In this document: positions 19,019 to 27,817 of the stretch, one piece after another | Numbering within the stretch: position 1 is the stretch's first letter | How the letters are laid out: each line of letters opens with the position of its first letter | DNA from: Patescibacteria group bacterium | GTDB lineage: Bacteria > Patescibacteriota > Minisyncoccia > Phycocordibacterales > SBAW01 | Reading direction: 5' to 3' | Length of the DNA: 61,847 nucleotides | NCBI GenBank assembly: GCA_040389385.1 | Contig: JAZKAA010000001.1 | Location: 1 to 61,847, forward strand | Made by a program: the position numbers and the translations under genes | Notes under the pieces: model-generated | Database searches by the model: none | What the model was told of the DNA's origin: nothing | Seen by the model: the letters and a program-made list of their open reading frames with translations, nothing else

Positions 19019-20121
19019 CTACGAGAGCAGGATTAGCTATCGCATTAGAGAAGGCGTGGCGGGATTTTTTAGAGCACCCGCCCAAAGATGTCTGGCGCTA
19101 CGGTATCCGTATGACCTCAGGCACTACCGGTAGCAAGCCGCTGGTAGTGGTCAACGAGTACTCGTCGTCGTTAAACACGCGCTTTAAAAATAACGAGCGC
19201 GTACTTGTGTGTTTCGGGTCGCATAATATCAGGCTTGCCTACGCGCGGCATGTGCGTTGCCAGGACTCTGCGCCTCCAACTAAGGTGCTGTTGCTTGATG
19301 GGGCAGATATCACGGGCTCGCTTGCCGCTATGCTGGAGGAGTTTCGCCCCGACTGTATCTGCGGGTTTCCCTCGTTTGTTATGCGCGTGGCCCAGTATCT
19401 TTCCCCGGAATGCCGCGCGCTCGTGCGGTCGCTTCAGTTTGCGGGAGAGATGTTGACGGACTTTAATGAGCAGTTTTTTCGCGAGCATTTTCCTCAGGCG
19501 CGGATCAGCATCACCTACATACTCAACGAAATAGGTCCGGTATCCGCGCCCCAGTGTAAGCACCTCGGTCGAAACCGGTATCATCCGGGGAAGGGAGTCG
19601 TTGTCGAACTTGAGGAAATGAATGAGGAGGGAGTGGGTGAGTTGCTGGTGAGTAAAAAATTATGGAAAGACACAGCAGTCGAGCGCTATCGCACCGGTGA
19701 CATGGCGCGCATAGATACAACACCCTGCCCATGCGGTGCCCTCGCAACGTTTGAGGTCATGGGCAGGCTTGGATACGATTATATAAAAATAGCGGGCGCA
19801 CTTATGAGAAAGGAGGAGTTTGATCGCGTGGCGCTCCTGCTCAAACGCCATATTGATGACTATCGCGCGGAGGTGAGAGAGGTGTTCGTAGACGGCAAGC
19901 CAAAAGGTTCGGTTACCCTGCGTGTGTACTCTGCACATGGTCCGGGCACTCAGGCGCTTGCGGAGGAGATCGGCGCACAGTTCGCCCGGCAGGTGTTTGT
20001 GACGCCCACTCAAACGCTCGCAGATCTTGTCGCCAAAGGCGTATTTGCGCCACTCAGGGTCGAGTTTTCGGCAGCCCCGTTTCCCATCAAGAACAAAGAG
20101 GTAAAGTTAATCCGCTTGTGA
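19015..20121 (+). CDS. Adenylate-forming enzyme, PaaK / coenzyme F390 synthetase / CapK-like
   Basis: Has the TSGTTGSKP AMP-binding loop near the N-terminus and a YRTGD motif (ERYRTGDMARID). The 368-aa length fits the family. The start was moved to the internal ATG that overlaps the upstream stop. Confidence 0.75.
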   Translation: MTTRAGLAIALEKAWRDFLEHPPKDVWRYGIRMTSGTTGSKPLVVVNEYSSSLNTRFKNNERVLVCFGSHNIRLAYARHVRCQDSAPPTKVLLLDGADITGSLAAMLEEFRPDCICGFPSFVMRVAQYLSPECRALVRSLQFAGEMLTDFNEQFFREHFPQARISITYILNEIGPVSAPQCKHLGRNRYHPGKGVVVELEEMNEEGVGELLVSKKLWKDTAVERYRTGDMARIDTTPCPCGALATFEVMGRLGYDYIKIAGALMRKEEFDRVALLLKRHIDDYRAEVREVFVDGKPKGSVTLRVYSAHGPGTQALAEEIGAQFARQVFVTPTQTLADLVAKGVFAPLRVEFSAAPFPIKNKEVKLIRL

Positions 20122-20184
20122 TATGGTCTTTGATAGCCGCCTGGTAGTGCGGAAGTTCCAACCAACACACAGAAGGGGTCGTTG

Positions 20185-21171
20185 ATGCTGAAATACTTGG
20201 TTATGACGGCTATATTGCTCGTGCCTGCCGTGGCTCGCGCGGAGTATCCGGCCAGAGCTATTACGCTTGTCGTTCCGTTCGGGCCTGGAGCGGTCCAGGA
20301 TGCAACGGCCCGCGTACTTGCCCGGGGACTCTCGAAACATCTCGGACAGTCGGTCGTGGTGGAGAACCGCCGGAGTGCGTACGGCGTGCCCACGGTCCGG
20401 ACATTTAAGGATGCAAATCCCGACGGCTACACGCTCTTGCACGGCCACGACGGCCAGTTTGGGTTCATGGGGTCGGTCTTCGACGACCATAACGAACGGC
20501 TTGGTCGGCAAAAACATGATCTCGGCTACGATCCCGCTCGGGATTTTACCCCGCTTGGGACGTTCGCTGAGTATCGGTGGCTGCTGACGGCAAACAAGTC
20601 GCTTGGGGTCAGTGATGTCGCGTCGTTGCGCGCATATGCAGAGTCTCATCCAAAACTGGCTATGGGCTCGGTAGGTCCGTCGCCCACACTCATTGCGGCT
20701 CTCCTCAAGAAGGAAATGGGTCTCAGCGAGCTCGTAGTCCCCAAGTTCGGGACTGATGGGGAAGCCATGCTCGATATGCTTGCGGGTCGGACCCATCTGT
20801 TTGCGGCGAGCACGGCGACTGTCTTGGAGCAGGGAGACGCTATTGCGTACTTGGGCGCCGTCGGCGCTCATCGCAACGACCTCTTCCCGTCTCTGCAGAC
20901 GCTTGCCGAGCAGGGCCTTACGGCCCTTGGGACCGTTCCTGACACCTGGACCGGGCTCTTCTGTCCGCTCCGCTGCCCGGCCGACGTCGTCGCGGCGCTT
21001 AAGGAGGCGCTTGCCAAAACTGCGGCTGACCCGGAGATCGTCGGTCAACTCAAGAAGATGGGTGTGGGCGTCCACTATCGGCCGGCTGAAGCGGTCCCAG
21101 CGCTCATTAAGGAGACCTACCGCGTCCACAAAGAGCTGCTACGGCAGACCGGAGTGTGGATCATCGAGTAG
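20185..21171 (+). CDS. Bug-family (TctC-like) tripartite tricarboxylate transporter substrate-binding protein, orphan
   Basis: Signal peptide MLKYLVMTAILLVPAVARA followed by YPARAITLVVPFGPGAVQDATARVLARGLSKHLGQSVVVENRRSA, the characteristic Bug/TctC N-terminal block. GAAGGGG lies 6 nt upstream of the ATG. No tctA or tctB nearby. Confidence 0.8.
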   Translation: MLKYLVMTAILLVPAVARAEYPARAITLVVPFGPGAVQDATARVLARGLSKHLGQSVVVENRRSAYGVPTVRTFKDANPDGYTLLHGHDGQFGFMGSVFDDHNERLGRQKHDLGYDPARDFTPLGTFAEYRWLLTANKSLGVSDVASLRAYAESHPKLAMGSVGPSPTLIAALLKKEMGLSELVVPKFGTDGEAMLDMLAGRTHLFAASTATVLEQGDAIAYLGAVGAHRNDLFPSLQTLAEQGLTALGTVPDTWTGLFCPLRCPADVVAALKEALAKTAADPEIVGQLKKMGVGVHYRPAEAVPALIKETYRVHKELLRQTGVWIIE

Positions 21172-21191
21172 CGGGGGTTATAAACATGCGG

Positions 21192-21228
21192 ACGCGCGGC
21201 AAGAGTTCCTTGCCGCGCGTTTTCTTTT
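21192..21228 (+). terminator. Rho-independent terminator after the Bug-family gene
   Basis: ACGCGCGGCAAG-AGTTC-CTTGCCGCGCGT, a 12-bp stem, followed by TTTCTTTT. Confidence 0.65.
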
Positions 21229-21244
21229 GCCTGATACTTAGCCT

Positions 21245-22579
21245 ATGAACTTAGAGGGCTTTGCAGATGCAGTACGCCGAGATCCGCTGTTTGCCGCCGA
21301 AGGGATGGACCTTGAGCGCGGTGAAGCTACCCTTGCCGCAATAAAAGAAAAGGTCCGCGAGATTGAAGAAGTCTGCAGTAGAGAGTCATTTGCGGCCCGG
21401 CTTTTTTTTGTACGGTATCCGATAGCAACCCACGCCCTCCCGCTGCCATTTATTGGGGCACTTATAGAGGCAGAACGCAGTCGGCGCAGGTTTATCGACG
21501 GTGTTTCAGAGCAAAAGGCAGAGGAGTTGCTGGCGAATTGGGATTCAGCCGCGACCGCGTTTGCCATAGGCGTGTCACGATACAAAAAACTCCACGCATT
21601 GGTGCGCCACCTAGACTTGGAGGTCGCTGCTCCAATGGTAGACATGCACGGCAATGTTACATTGCCCGCCGATATAGAAACAGTTTTTCAACAGTTAGAG
21701 GCTAATGCTAAACGTCTACGGGCGGATGTCAACGAGCGCTGGGCTCTGCTAAGAGGCGCTCTTGCAGCAAAAAATCTGTATCATCTGACAACTACTCCAC
21801 TCGCGCCGTTTATCGCCGGAGAAGAGCCCTCTTTATATAAGCAGTTACATAAACTTGAGTTATTGCACGCATTGCCGTTTCGGACTGGCGAATCACTTGA
21901 GCAGTATGGGCCACTTTCTTATACACTCCGGCAGTTTGACGGTACGCCGACCCCTCATACTTTTATGGTGTATATGGTGCGCAACACGAAGACGGGCATG
22001 TGCAGTCTTAAGGAGGTGGCGCTCGACGTGCATCTCTTTTTAAAATTGGGCAAAGGCGCACCTGTTGCGTCGGCAGGACCGCTGCATGCGGCGCTGCTTG
22101 AGCACAATGTGCCGTATTGGTATCAACCGTCAACCAACTTGTATGCATGCCGCGACCAAACCTACTGGGCCGACATTGCGACAATAGTCGATCGGGTACG
22201 CAGACCGTCGCTTTCAACTAATGTTGATAGACAGCGCTCAAGCTGTTTTGACCTCTTGTTGGGGGCCTGTCTTGAGGACCACGCAATGCATCTCTCAAAT
22301 ACCAAGGAACTTATACGCACAACCGGCACAATGCCTAAAAAATATTACTCACTCCTGTACCGGACGCACCCAAGCATATATTTTATGCCGTTTAACAGGA
22401 GTATTTGGAGGATACCGGAGGCGCCACATTTTTTGGGGTCAGACCGTGTAGGAGCGCAGCAGCGTATGTATGTGTCCGCCGAAACCGTACTCAAAAACAC
22501 GACTCCGGAGGAGTTTGAGCGGGTAATGCAAGGCGGCCGCCTCCGTGAGGAGTTGCGACGCGCGAGGGAAGGCCGTTAA
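21245..22579 (+). CDS. Hypothetical cytoplasmic protein (444 aa)
   Basis: Long ORF with ordinary amino-acid composition. Distantly similar to the convergent neighbour (see findings). No recognised motif. Confidence 0.7.
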   Translation: MNLEGFADAVRRDPLFAAEGMDLERGEATLAAIKEKVREIEEVCSRESFAARLFFVRYPIATHALPLPFIGALIEAERSRRRFIDGVSEQKAEELLANWDSAATAFAIGVSRYKKLHALVRHLDLEVAAPMVDMHGNVTLPADIETVFQQLEANAKRLRADVNERWALLRGALAAKNLYHLTTTPLAPFIAGEEPSLYKQLHKLELLHALPFRTGESLEQYGPLSYTLRQFDGTPTPHTFMVYMVRNTKTGMCSLKEVALDVHLFLKLGKGAPVASAGPLHAALLEHNVPYWYQPSTNLYACRDQTYWADIATIVDRVRRPSLSTNVDRQRSSCFDLLLGACLEDHAMHLSNTKELIRTTGTMPKKYYSLLYRTHPSIYFMPFNRSIWRIPEAPHFLGSDRVGAQQRMYVSAETVLKNTTPEEFERVMQGGRLREELRRAREGR

Positions 22580-24168
22580 TGGAACTTGTTTTCGAACGCA
22601 AAAAATCCGGCCAAGTCGTGGATGATTTTGTCGCGGGGTATGAGGTCCACAAGGGCGGAATAGGTAGTGACTTTTTGCAGCAGGGCCTTAAAGTCCGACT
22701 GGTTGTTTTCAAAGAACGGCACCGCTGTAGAGCCCGCCGAGGGGTTCTGCGCCAAAAAGAGCGAGAGGAAGCCGCTATGGGTGGCGAGCAGTAATTTGGC
22801 GTCCACGCTAAAGGGGATGCCGTTGAGGTTCATAGCCGCATCTTTTGAGTCTATATTCACCACATCTTTGACGACCGTCTCGAGGCCCGCGCCGCTGTCG
22901 CGCCACTCCAAAAGGAGCGTCTGAAACGCCGCCGTTTCTGGGCCATTGCCTCCGATTTCTTTACCGACCGTGGCGAGATAGGCTGCGGCGTTAGGCTCGT
23001 TTAGAGTTTCGGCCGACAGGAGACGATTCCGCTCAGCTGAGGCGTATTGCGGGAACTCTTTTGCAAATTGCGCGGTTGCCTCTATCGCCTTGGCTCTCCC
23101 AACATCGCTCAATACTTCGGGGCATTCATAAAATTCCAGCGGCACCATCAGTCCGTAGTCGACGCCGTAGGTTTTTTTGAGATAGGCCAGGGTGGCTCCG
23201 TTGTTTGCGGTAAGGTAAAAGAAGAGATTCCCTATATATTCCAGAGGTACGCCGCCGTTTGGTCTGCTCGCATGCAGGGTAAAAACATACGGCGGCGGAT
23301 ACAGAGCCAGGCAGGCACTATGGGCGAGTGTGAGTACCGGGTCGTTTTCTTGCCCATGGTTGGGGTAGGCCGCATTGAGCGCGTTGTGTATATCGCGCGC
23401 CTGCGCGGGCAGCCTGTCCGAGACGCCGCTTACTACCTCCGGGTACTGTGCCACTAGGGCTTGCGACTCGCACGCTCGCACGTCTCCACCGAGACATTGC
23501 TGCCGCTTTGCAAAGCGCGCTTGCACCTCTTGCATGCGGGTAACTACCGCCTCCGCCGAGCGCATGAGGCTCTCCTGCGTAATCGTGCCCGAGAGGCTGG
23601 CTATGCGAAAGACGGTGGGGTTCTTGGGGTCTGCAAGGGAGGCAACGCTTTTTTGAAACGTCTGCGCATCACTCAGACCATCCGCAATAGCCTGCGATAG
23701 TGCTACTTCGTATCGCTTAGCATCCGCCTCTAGCCCGGAGGCTACAAAAACTTGGCGCGCCTGCTCGAGCGCGGCCAATGAGCGCAAAAAGCGGATAGGA
23801 TAAATAGTTTTAATGAGCGCCTTATCGCTCTCATTCTTTTGCGCTTTTTGGAGCGTGGGCTCGATTGACTCCAACAGGTCCGCATTTTGCTTGAGCGTTT
23901 GAGGGTCCGTCCCGGCGATATCAAGAAGTGGCGCGCGCTCGGCGAGGGCGCGTTCGTAAGCCAGCTTGAGCTCCGCCTCTGACGTAGTGACGACAGGGAT
24001 ACCCGCGTCCTTAAGTGCATTTGCATAAAAAGAGGCGGCATCTTTCTTGCTCTGGCCTTGGTTGATAAGAAAGAAAGCGCCTCCAATGAGCACAATTGCA
24101 CTGCCCAAAAAAAAGAAAAGCTTTGCGCTTGCCCCCATGCGATGCATGGTGGACATAGTATCACGCAT
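22576..24168 (-). CDS. Hypothetical membrane-anchored protein (530 aa)
   Basis: N-terminal TM span (LFFFLGSAIVLIGGAFFLI). Its stop codon overlaps the stop of the convergent gene within TTAA at 22576-22579. Confidence 0.7.
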   Translation of the reverse strand: MRDTMSTMHRMGASAKLFFFLGSAIVLIGGAFFLINQGQSKKDAASFYANALKDAGIPVVTTSEAELKLAYERALAERAPLLDIAGTDPQTLKQNADLLESIEPTLQKAQKNESDKALIKTIYPIRFLRSLAALEQARQVFVASGLEADAKRYEVALSQAIADGLSDAQTFQKSVASLADPKNPTVFRIASLSGTITQESLMRSAEAVVTRMQEVQARFAKRQQCLGGDVRACESQALVAQYPEVVSGVSDRLPAQARDIHNALNAAYPNHGQENDPVLTLAHSACLALYPPPYVFTLHASRPNGGVPLEYIGNLFFYLTANNGATLAYLKKTYGVDYGLMVPLEFYECPEVLSDVGRAKAIEATAQFAKEFPQYASAERNRLLSAETLNEPNAAAYLATVGKEIGGNGPETAAFQTLLLEWRDSGAGLETVVKDVVNIDSKDAAMNLNGIPFSVDAKLLLATHSGFLSLFLAQNPSAGSTAVPFFENNQSDFKALLQKVTTYSALVDLIPRDKIIHDLAGFFAFENKFH

Positions 24169-24198
24169 CGCAAAAATTTAGGTTTATACTAACTGTAT

Positions 24199-25227
24199 AT
24201 GGTACGGGTGGCTATCAACGGATTTGGGCGTATCGGGCGCGCGCTCATGCGCGCGGCTGTGCACGAGCCCGATGTCGACATTGTTGCTATCAACGACCTC
24301 GGCTCGCTGGAGAGTTTGGCCTATTTGCTTAAGTACGACAGTGTGTACCGCGCGTTCCCCGGCCAGGTGTCGGCAGGTAATGGCGAGCTTATTGTCGGCG
24401 CCAAGCATATAAAAGTACTGGCCGAAAAAGAGCCCGCTAATTTGCCGTGGAAGGATCTAAATATTGATGTAGTGGTAGAGTCGACCGGGTTTTTTACCGA
24501 GTTTGGCAAAGCTAAGGCGCACATAACTGCAGGTGCTAAGCGCGTGGTGATATCAGCTCCCGCCAAAGACGGCGCCGACGAAGCGGGCGTGCCCGTAACC
24601 GGCGTAACAGTCCTGATGGGAGTAAATGCCGACAAACTTTCAGGCTCGGCTATATCATCTAACGCATCGTGTACGACCAACGCCGCATCGCCGCTTATTG
24701 CGATACTCGACGCGGCCATAGGCATAGAGAAAGCACTCTTAAATACCACGCACGGCTATACCGCAAGCCAGTCGCTTGTGGATGGCCCGTCTAAAAAAGA
24801 TTTAAAAGAGGGCCGGGGTGCGGCGCAAAATATAGTGCCGACCTCGACCGGTGCAGCCATAGCGGTGACGCAGGCTTACCCGCAGCTTGCAGGTAAGTTT
24901 GACGGAATATCGCTGCGTGTGCCGGTGCCTGCGGGCTCGATTGCCGACGTTACCTTTATCGCTAAGAGGGAAACTACCGCAGAGGAGGTCAACAAAATTT
25001 TGACCGACGCGGCCAACTCGCCGCAATGGCAGGGGATATTTGCCGTAACGACCGACCCGATAGTATCGAGCGACATCATCGGCAGCGAGTACGGCTCGGT
25101 GGCCGACCTTGGCATGACGCGCGTGATAGGCAACTTGGTCAAGGTGCTTGCCTGGTACGACAACGAAATGGGGTACGCCCACACGCTCCTGCGGCACGTA
25201 AAGGAGGCGGGGAAGCGTCTCCAATAA
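24199..25227 (+). CDS. gap: Glyceraldehyde-3-phosphate dehydrogenase (type I)
   Basis: MVRVAINGFGRIGRALMRAA Rossmann N-terminus, the active-site block SNASCTTN, and WYDNEMGY near the C-terminus. Confidence 0.95.
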   Translation: MVRVAINGFGRIGRALMRAAVHEPDVDIVAINDLGSLESLAYLLKYDSVYRAFPGQVSAGNGELIVGAKHIKVLAEKEPANLPWKDLNIDVVVESTGFFTEFGKAKAHITAGAKRVVISAPAKDGADEAGVPVTGVTVLMGVNADKLSGSAISSNASCTTNAASPLIAILDAAIGIEKALLNTTHGYTASQSLVDGPSKKDLKEGRGAAQNIVPTSTGAAIAVTQAYPQLAGKFDGISLRVPVPAGSIADVTFIAKRETTAEEVNKILTDAANSPQWQGIFAVTTDPIVSSDIIGSEYGSVADLGMTRVIGNLVKVLAWYDNEMGYAHTLLRHVKEAGKRLQ

Positions 25228-25245
25228 ATAATATAGAATAGAGAG

Positions 25246-25680
25246 GTGAAGGTATTTCTTGCCAGCGACCATGCCGGGTTTGAGCTTAAGGGCAAACTGC
25301 TCGCGCATCTAAAAGCGCGCGGATACGAGGTCAAAGACTACGGCCCGCTCGCGCTCAACCCCCGTGACGACTACCCGGAAACTATCCGCCCGCTCGCACA
25401 TGGAGTCGTGCTTGAGGGCGCGATGGGCGTTGCAATAGGCCTATCAGGAGAAGGCGAGGCCATGGCCGCTAACCGGGTAAAAGGTATACGTGCCGCCGAA
25501 TATTACGGCGGTCCTACAGAGATTTTGACCTTGAGTCGCCAGCATAATGACTCCAACGTGCTTGCGCTCGGCGCACGATTTGTAAGCGAAAAGGAGGCGA
25601 TTGCCGCGGTAGAGTTGTGGCTCGGCACGCCATTTAGCGGCGAAGAGCGCCACAAACGGCGCATACAAGAACTAGGATGA
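25246..25680 (+). CDS. rpiB: Ribose-5-phosphate isomerase B
   Basis: MKVFLASDHAGFELKGKLLAHLKARGYEVKDYG is the classic RpiB/LacAB N-terminus. GTG start. The TGA stop overlaps the next ATG. Confidence 0.9.
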   Translation: MKVFLASDHAGFELKGKLLAHLKARGYEVKDYGPLALNPRDDYPETIRPLAHGVVLEGAMGVAIGLSGEGEAMAANRVKGIRAAEYYGGPTEILTLSRQHNDSNVLALGARFVSEKEAIAAVELWLGTPFSGEERHKRRIQELG

Positions 25681-26309
25681 TAAAAATAATCCCTGCAGTA
25701 TTGCCCAAAAGTTGGGGCCAGCTTACAGACGACCTCAATAAGCTCGTTGGTGTGGCCACTATGGTGCAGCTAGACGTGGTTAAAAATATTTTTGACGGAC
25801 ATGAGTCACCACCGCTCTGGGAGGAGTTTGATTTTGAGTTTGATATTTATCTCGAGCCGGGCGAGTTTGTAGAGCGCGCACTCGAGTTGGGCGCGTCGCG
25901 CATTGTTGTACATACGCGGCACGCTACGGCGCGCGCTGCGCTCGAGCTCTTGCAGCCGCAGCGCGGCGGCGAGTTTGCTATGGCGGTTGGTGTAGCACTC
26001 CGGCCTACTGATACGCCGGATGTACTTATACCATACGCGGGGCTCTACGACTTTGTGCAAGTAATGGGGATAGACCACGAGGGCAATCAGGGCGAGCCGT
26101 TTGATAGCGCGGCTATTAGTCTTGTACGCGCGCTGCGCACTGCGCAACCGGAGCTTTTTATACAAGTAGACGGCCACGCTGCGGGACACGAGCAGGAGTT
26201 GGCGGCGGCCGGCGTTAACTCATTAGTAGTGGGCTCGGCAATTCTGACAGCAGAAGACCCAAAGGCTGCGTACAGGACGTTGTACAATAAAGCCAATGGC
26301 TCTCACTGA
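25677..26309 (+). CDS. Ribulose-phosphate 3-epimerase-family barrel protein (divergent)
   Basis: The central block DFVQVMGIDHEGNQGEPF and the C-terminal block VDGHAAGHEQELAAAGVNSLVVGSAIL parallel Rpe (D.VL.MSV.PGF.GQ.F and VDGG......aGA...V.GSAIF). The N-terminal H-x-D-x-MDG metal motif is replaced by Q-L-D-V-V. Confidence 0.55.
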   Translation: MIKIIPAVLPKSWGQLTDDLNKLVGVATMVQLDVVKNIFDGHESPPLWEEFDFEFDIYLEPGEFVERALELGASRIVVHTRHATARAALELLQPQRGGEFAMAVGVALRPTDTPDVLIPYAGLYDFVQVMGIDHEGNQGEPFDSAAISLVRALRTAQPELFIQVDGHAAGHEQELAAAGVNSLVVGSAILTAEDPKAAYRTLYNKANGSH

Positions 26310-27153
26310 CAAAGATGTACAAGCAATAGAGCTCAAAGCGGCCGACATCCGCGCAACTATTATCGAGATGCTGGTCGCGGCAGGCTCCGGCCACACGGCC
26401 GGCCCTCTTGGCATGGCCGACATCTTTGCCGCATTTTACTTCCGCATCCTCACTCACGACCCGCACAACCCCGCACTTTCCGAGCGAGATCGTTTGATAC
26501 TCTCCAATGGCCACATTGTCCCTGTGCGGTATGCCACCATGGCACATGCGGGATATTTCCCTGTACAGGAGTGTCTGACACTGCGTAAGTTTGGCAGCCG
26601 CCTGCAGGGCCACCCGGAGAGGCAACGGTTGCCGGGGCTTGAGACAACATCGGGCCCGCTCGGCTCGGGGCTCGGCCAAGCGGCGGGCATCGCGCTCGGC
26701 GCGCGCATGGATAATAAAACATTCCGCACATACTGCTTTATGAGCGACGGCGAGCAGGACGCCGGCAACACATGGGAGGCAGCGATGTTTGCGGGCGCGC
26801 AAAAGCTGCACAACCTAACCGCGGTTATGGACCGCAACAACATCCAGATAAACGGCATGACAGAAAATGTTATGCCGCTGGAGAATCTTAAGGCCAAGTA
26901 CGAGGCCTTTGGCTGGCATGTGCTCGAGATAGACGGCCACGACATCCGCGCGATTGTCGGCGCGGTAGACGAGGCCAAAGCGATTTATGAAAAGCCGACG
27001 ATTATTATTGCGCACACCATCCCTGGCAAAGGCATAAAAGAAATCGAGTTTGACTATCACTGGCACGGCAAGCCCCCGACCGGCAAAGAGGCAACAGACT
27101 TTTTGGCCGAGCTGCGTACCCTCAAGGGCAAAATACAATCCGAACATGAATAG
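26296..27153 (+). CDS. tkt: Transketolase, N-terminal (thiamine-diphosphate-binding) subunit
   Basis: GSGHTAGPLGMADIFAAFYF, LILSNGH, QGHPE and CFMSDGEQDAGNTWEAAMFA (the GDG-type ThDP motif). The 285-aa split form is typical of split transketolases. Confidence 0.9.
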   Translation: MALTDKDVQAIELKAADIRATIIEMLVAAGSGHTAGPLGMADIFAAFYFRILTHDPHNPALSERDRLILSNGHIVPVRYATMAHAGYFPVQECLTLRKFGSRLQGHPERQRLPGLETTSGPLGSGLGQAAGIALGARMDNKTFRTYCFMSDGEQDAGNTWEAAMFAGAQKLHNLTAVMDRNNIQINGMTENVMPLENLKAKYEAFGWHVLEIDGHDIRAIVGAVDEAKAIYEKPTIIIAHTIPGKGIKEIEFDYHWHGKPPTGKEATDFLAELRTLKGKIQSEHE

Positions 27154-27155
27154 CG

Positions 27156-27172
27156 CAGAAGGTGCCCTTCTG
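27156..27172. repeat. REP-like hairpin, copy 1 (CAGAAGG-TGC-CCTTCTG)
   Basis: Perfect 7-bp inverted repeat, 3 nt after the tkt-N stop codon. Confidence 0.7.
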
Positions 27173-27176
27173 TAAT

Positions 27177-27812
27177 ATGAGAACAAGAGATTATAAATCA
27201 TTTGCACGAGGGGAGTGTTACCACCTCTTTAATAGAGGAAACGGGAAGATGGATATTTTTTCAGATTCAGCTGATTATTCATTTTTTCTATCACGTTTAG
27301 AGGAATATCTGTTTCCGAATAAAAGCAGAAGGGCACCTTCTGCGGAACGTTACGAAAGGAAATCGTTTCCAGAAAATTCCTTTTCTTTGTTGTGCTACTG
27401 TCTGATGCCGAATCATTATCACCTCGCAATTAAACAAAATTCGGAACTTCCTATTAGCGCTCTTATGTTGAGCCTAACTACAGGTTACTCAAAATATTTC
27501 AACAAAAAATACCGGCGGGTAGGCTCGTTATTTCAAGATCAATTTAAGGCTGTCCACATTGATTCAAATGAACAACTTCTATGGGTAAGCGCCTATATTC
27601 ACCAAAATCCGCGAACAGCGCAGTTGGTTAAGGATCCAGGTGATTATAAATATAGTAGTTACTCAGAATATACAGGACAGACTATTGATAAGCTGTGCGA
27701 TACTGACCTTGTGCTTGGACAATTTTCTGAAAAAGTAAACTATCAGCAGTTTGTGACTGATAGCCTAGAAAGCATAGTCAATCGTAAAGGTGTAGAAGGT
27801 GCCCTTCTGTAA
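27177..27812 (+). CDS. REP-associated tyrosine transposase (RAYT) / IS200-family Y1 HUH transposase
   Basis: YHLFNRGN, the HUH motif in YCLMPNHYHLAIK, the catalytic-Tyr block WVSAYIHQNP, and the DYKYSSYSEY tail. ATG at 27177 preferred over the GTG at 27162, which lies inside the hairpin. Confidence 0.8.
   Translation: MRTRDYKSFARGECYHLFNRGNGKMDIFSDSADYSFFLSRLEEYLFPNKSRRAPSAERYERKSFPENSFSLLCYCLMPNHYHLAIKQNSELPISALMLSLTTGYSKYFNKKYRRVGSLFQDQFKAVHIDSNEQLLWVSAYIHQNPRTAQLVKDPGDYKYSSYSEYTGQTIDKLCDTDLVLGQFSEKVNYQQFVTDSLESIVNRKGVEGALL
27326..27342. repeat. REP-like hairpin, copy 2, inverted orientation (CAGAAGG-GCA-CCTTCTG)
   Basis: Exact reverse complement of copy 1. It lies inside the transposase coding sequence (codons K-S-R-R-A-P-S-A). 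Confidence 0.7.
27793..27809. repeat. REP-like hairpin, copy 3 (TAGAAGG-TGC-CCTTCTG)
   Basis: Same stem and loop as copy 1. It overlaps the last codons and the stop of the transposase gene. Confidence 0.7.
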
Positions 27813-27817
27813 TAAAA

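Larger units (their letters stand above)
27157..27814 (+). mobile_element. RAYT/IS200-like single-gene element bounded by a 21-bp direct repeat containing a REP-like hairpin
   Basis: AGAAGGTGCCCTTCTGTAATA occurs at 27157-27177 and again at 27794-27814. The interval between is visibly AT-rich compared with the flanking tkt genes and encodes a Y1 HUH transposase. Confidence 0.6.

Noticed and set aside
20107-21129. 340-aa minus-strand ORF opposite the Bug-family gene
   Set aside because: Arg-rich shadow frame. The plus-strand frame carries a clear family signature and a signal peptide. The same reasoning rejects 47384..48409(-), 35396..36673(-), 30328..31257(-), 36514..37182(-), 57748..58467(-), 58406..59062(-), 39789..40484(+), 40535..41164(+), 33792..34367(-) and 34702..35418(-).
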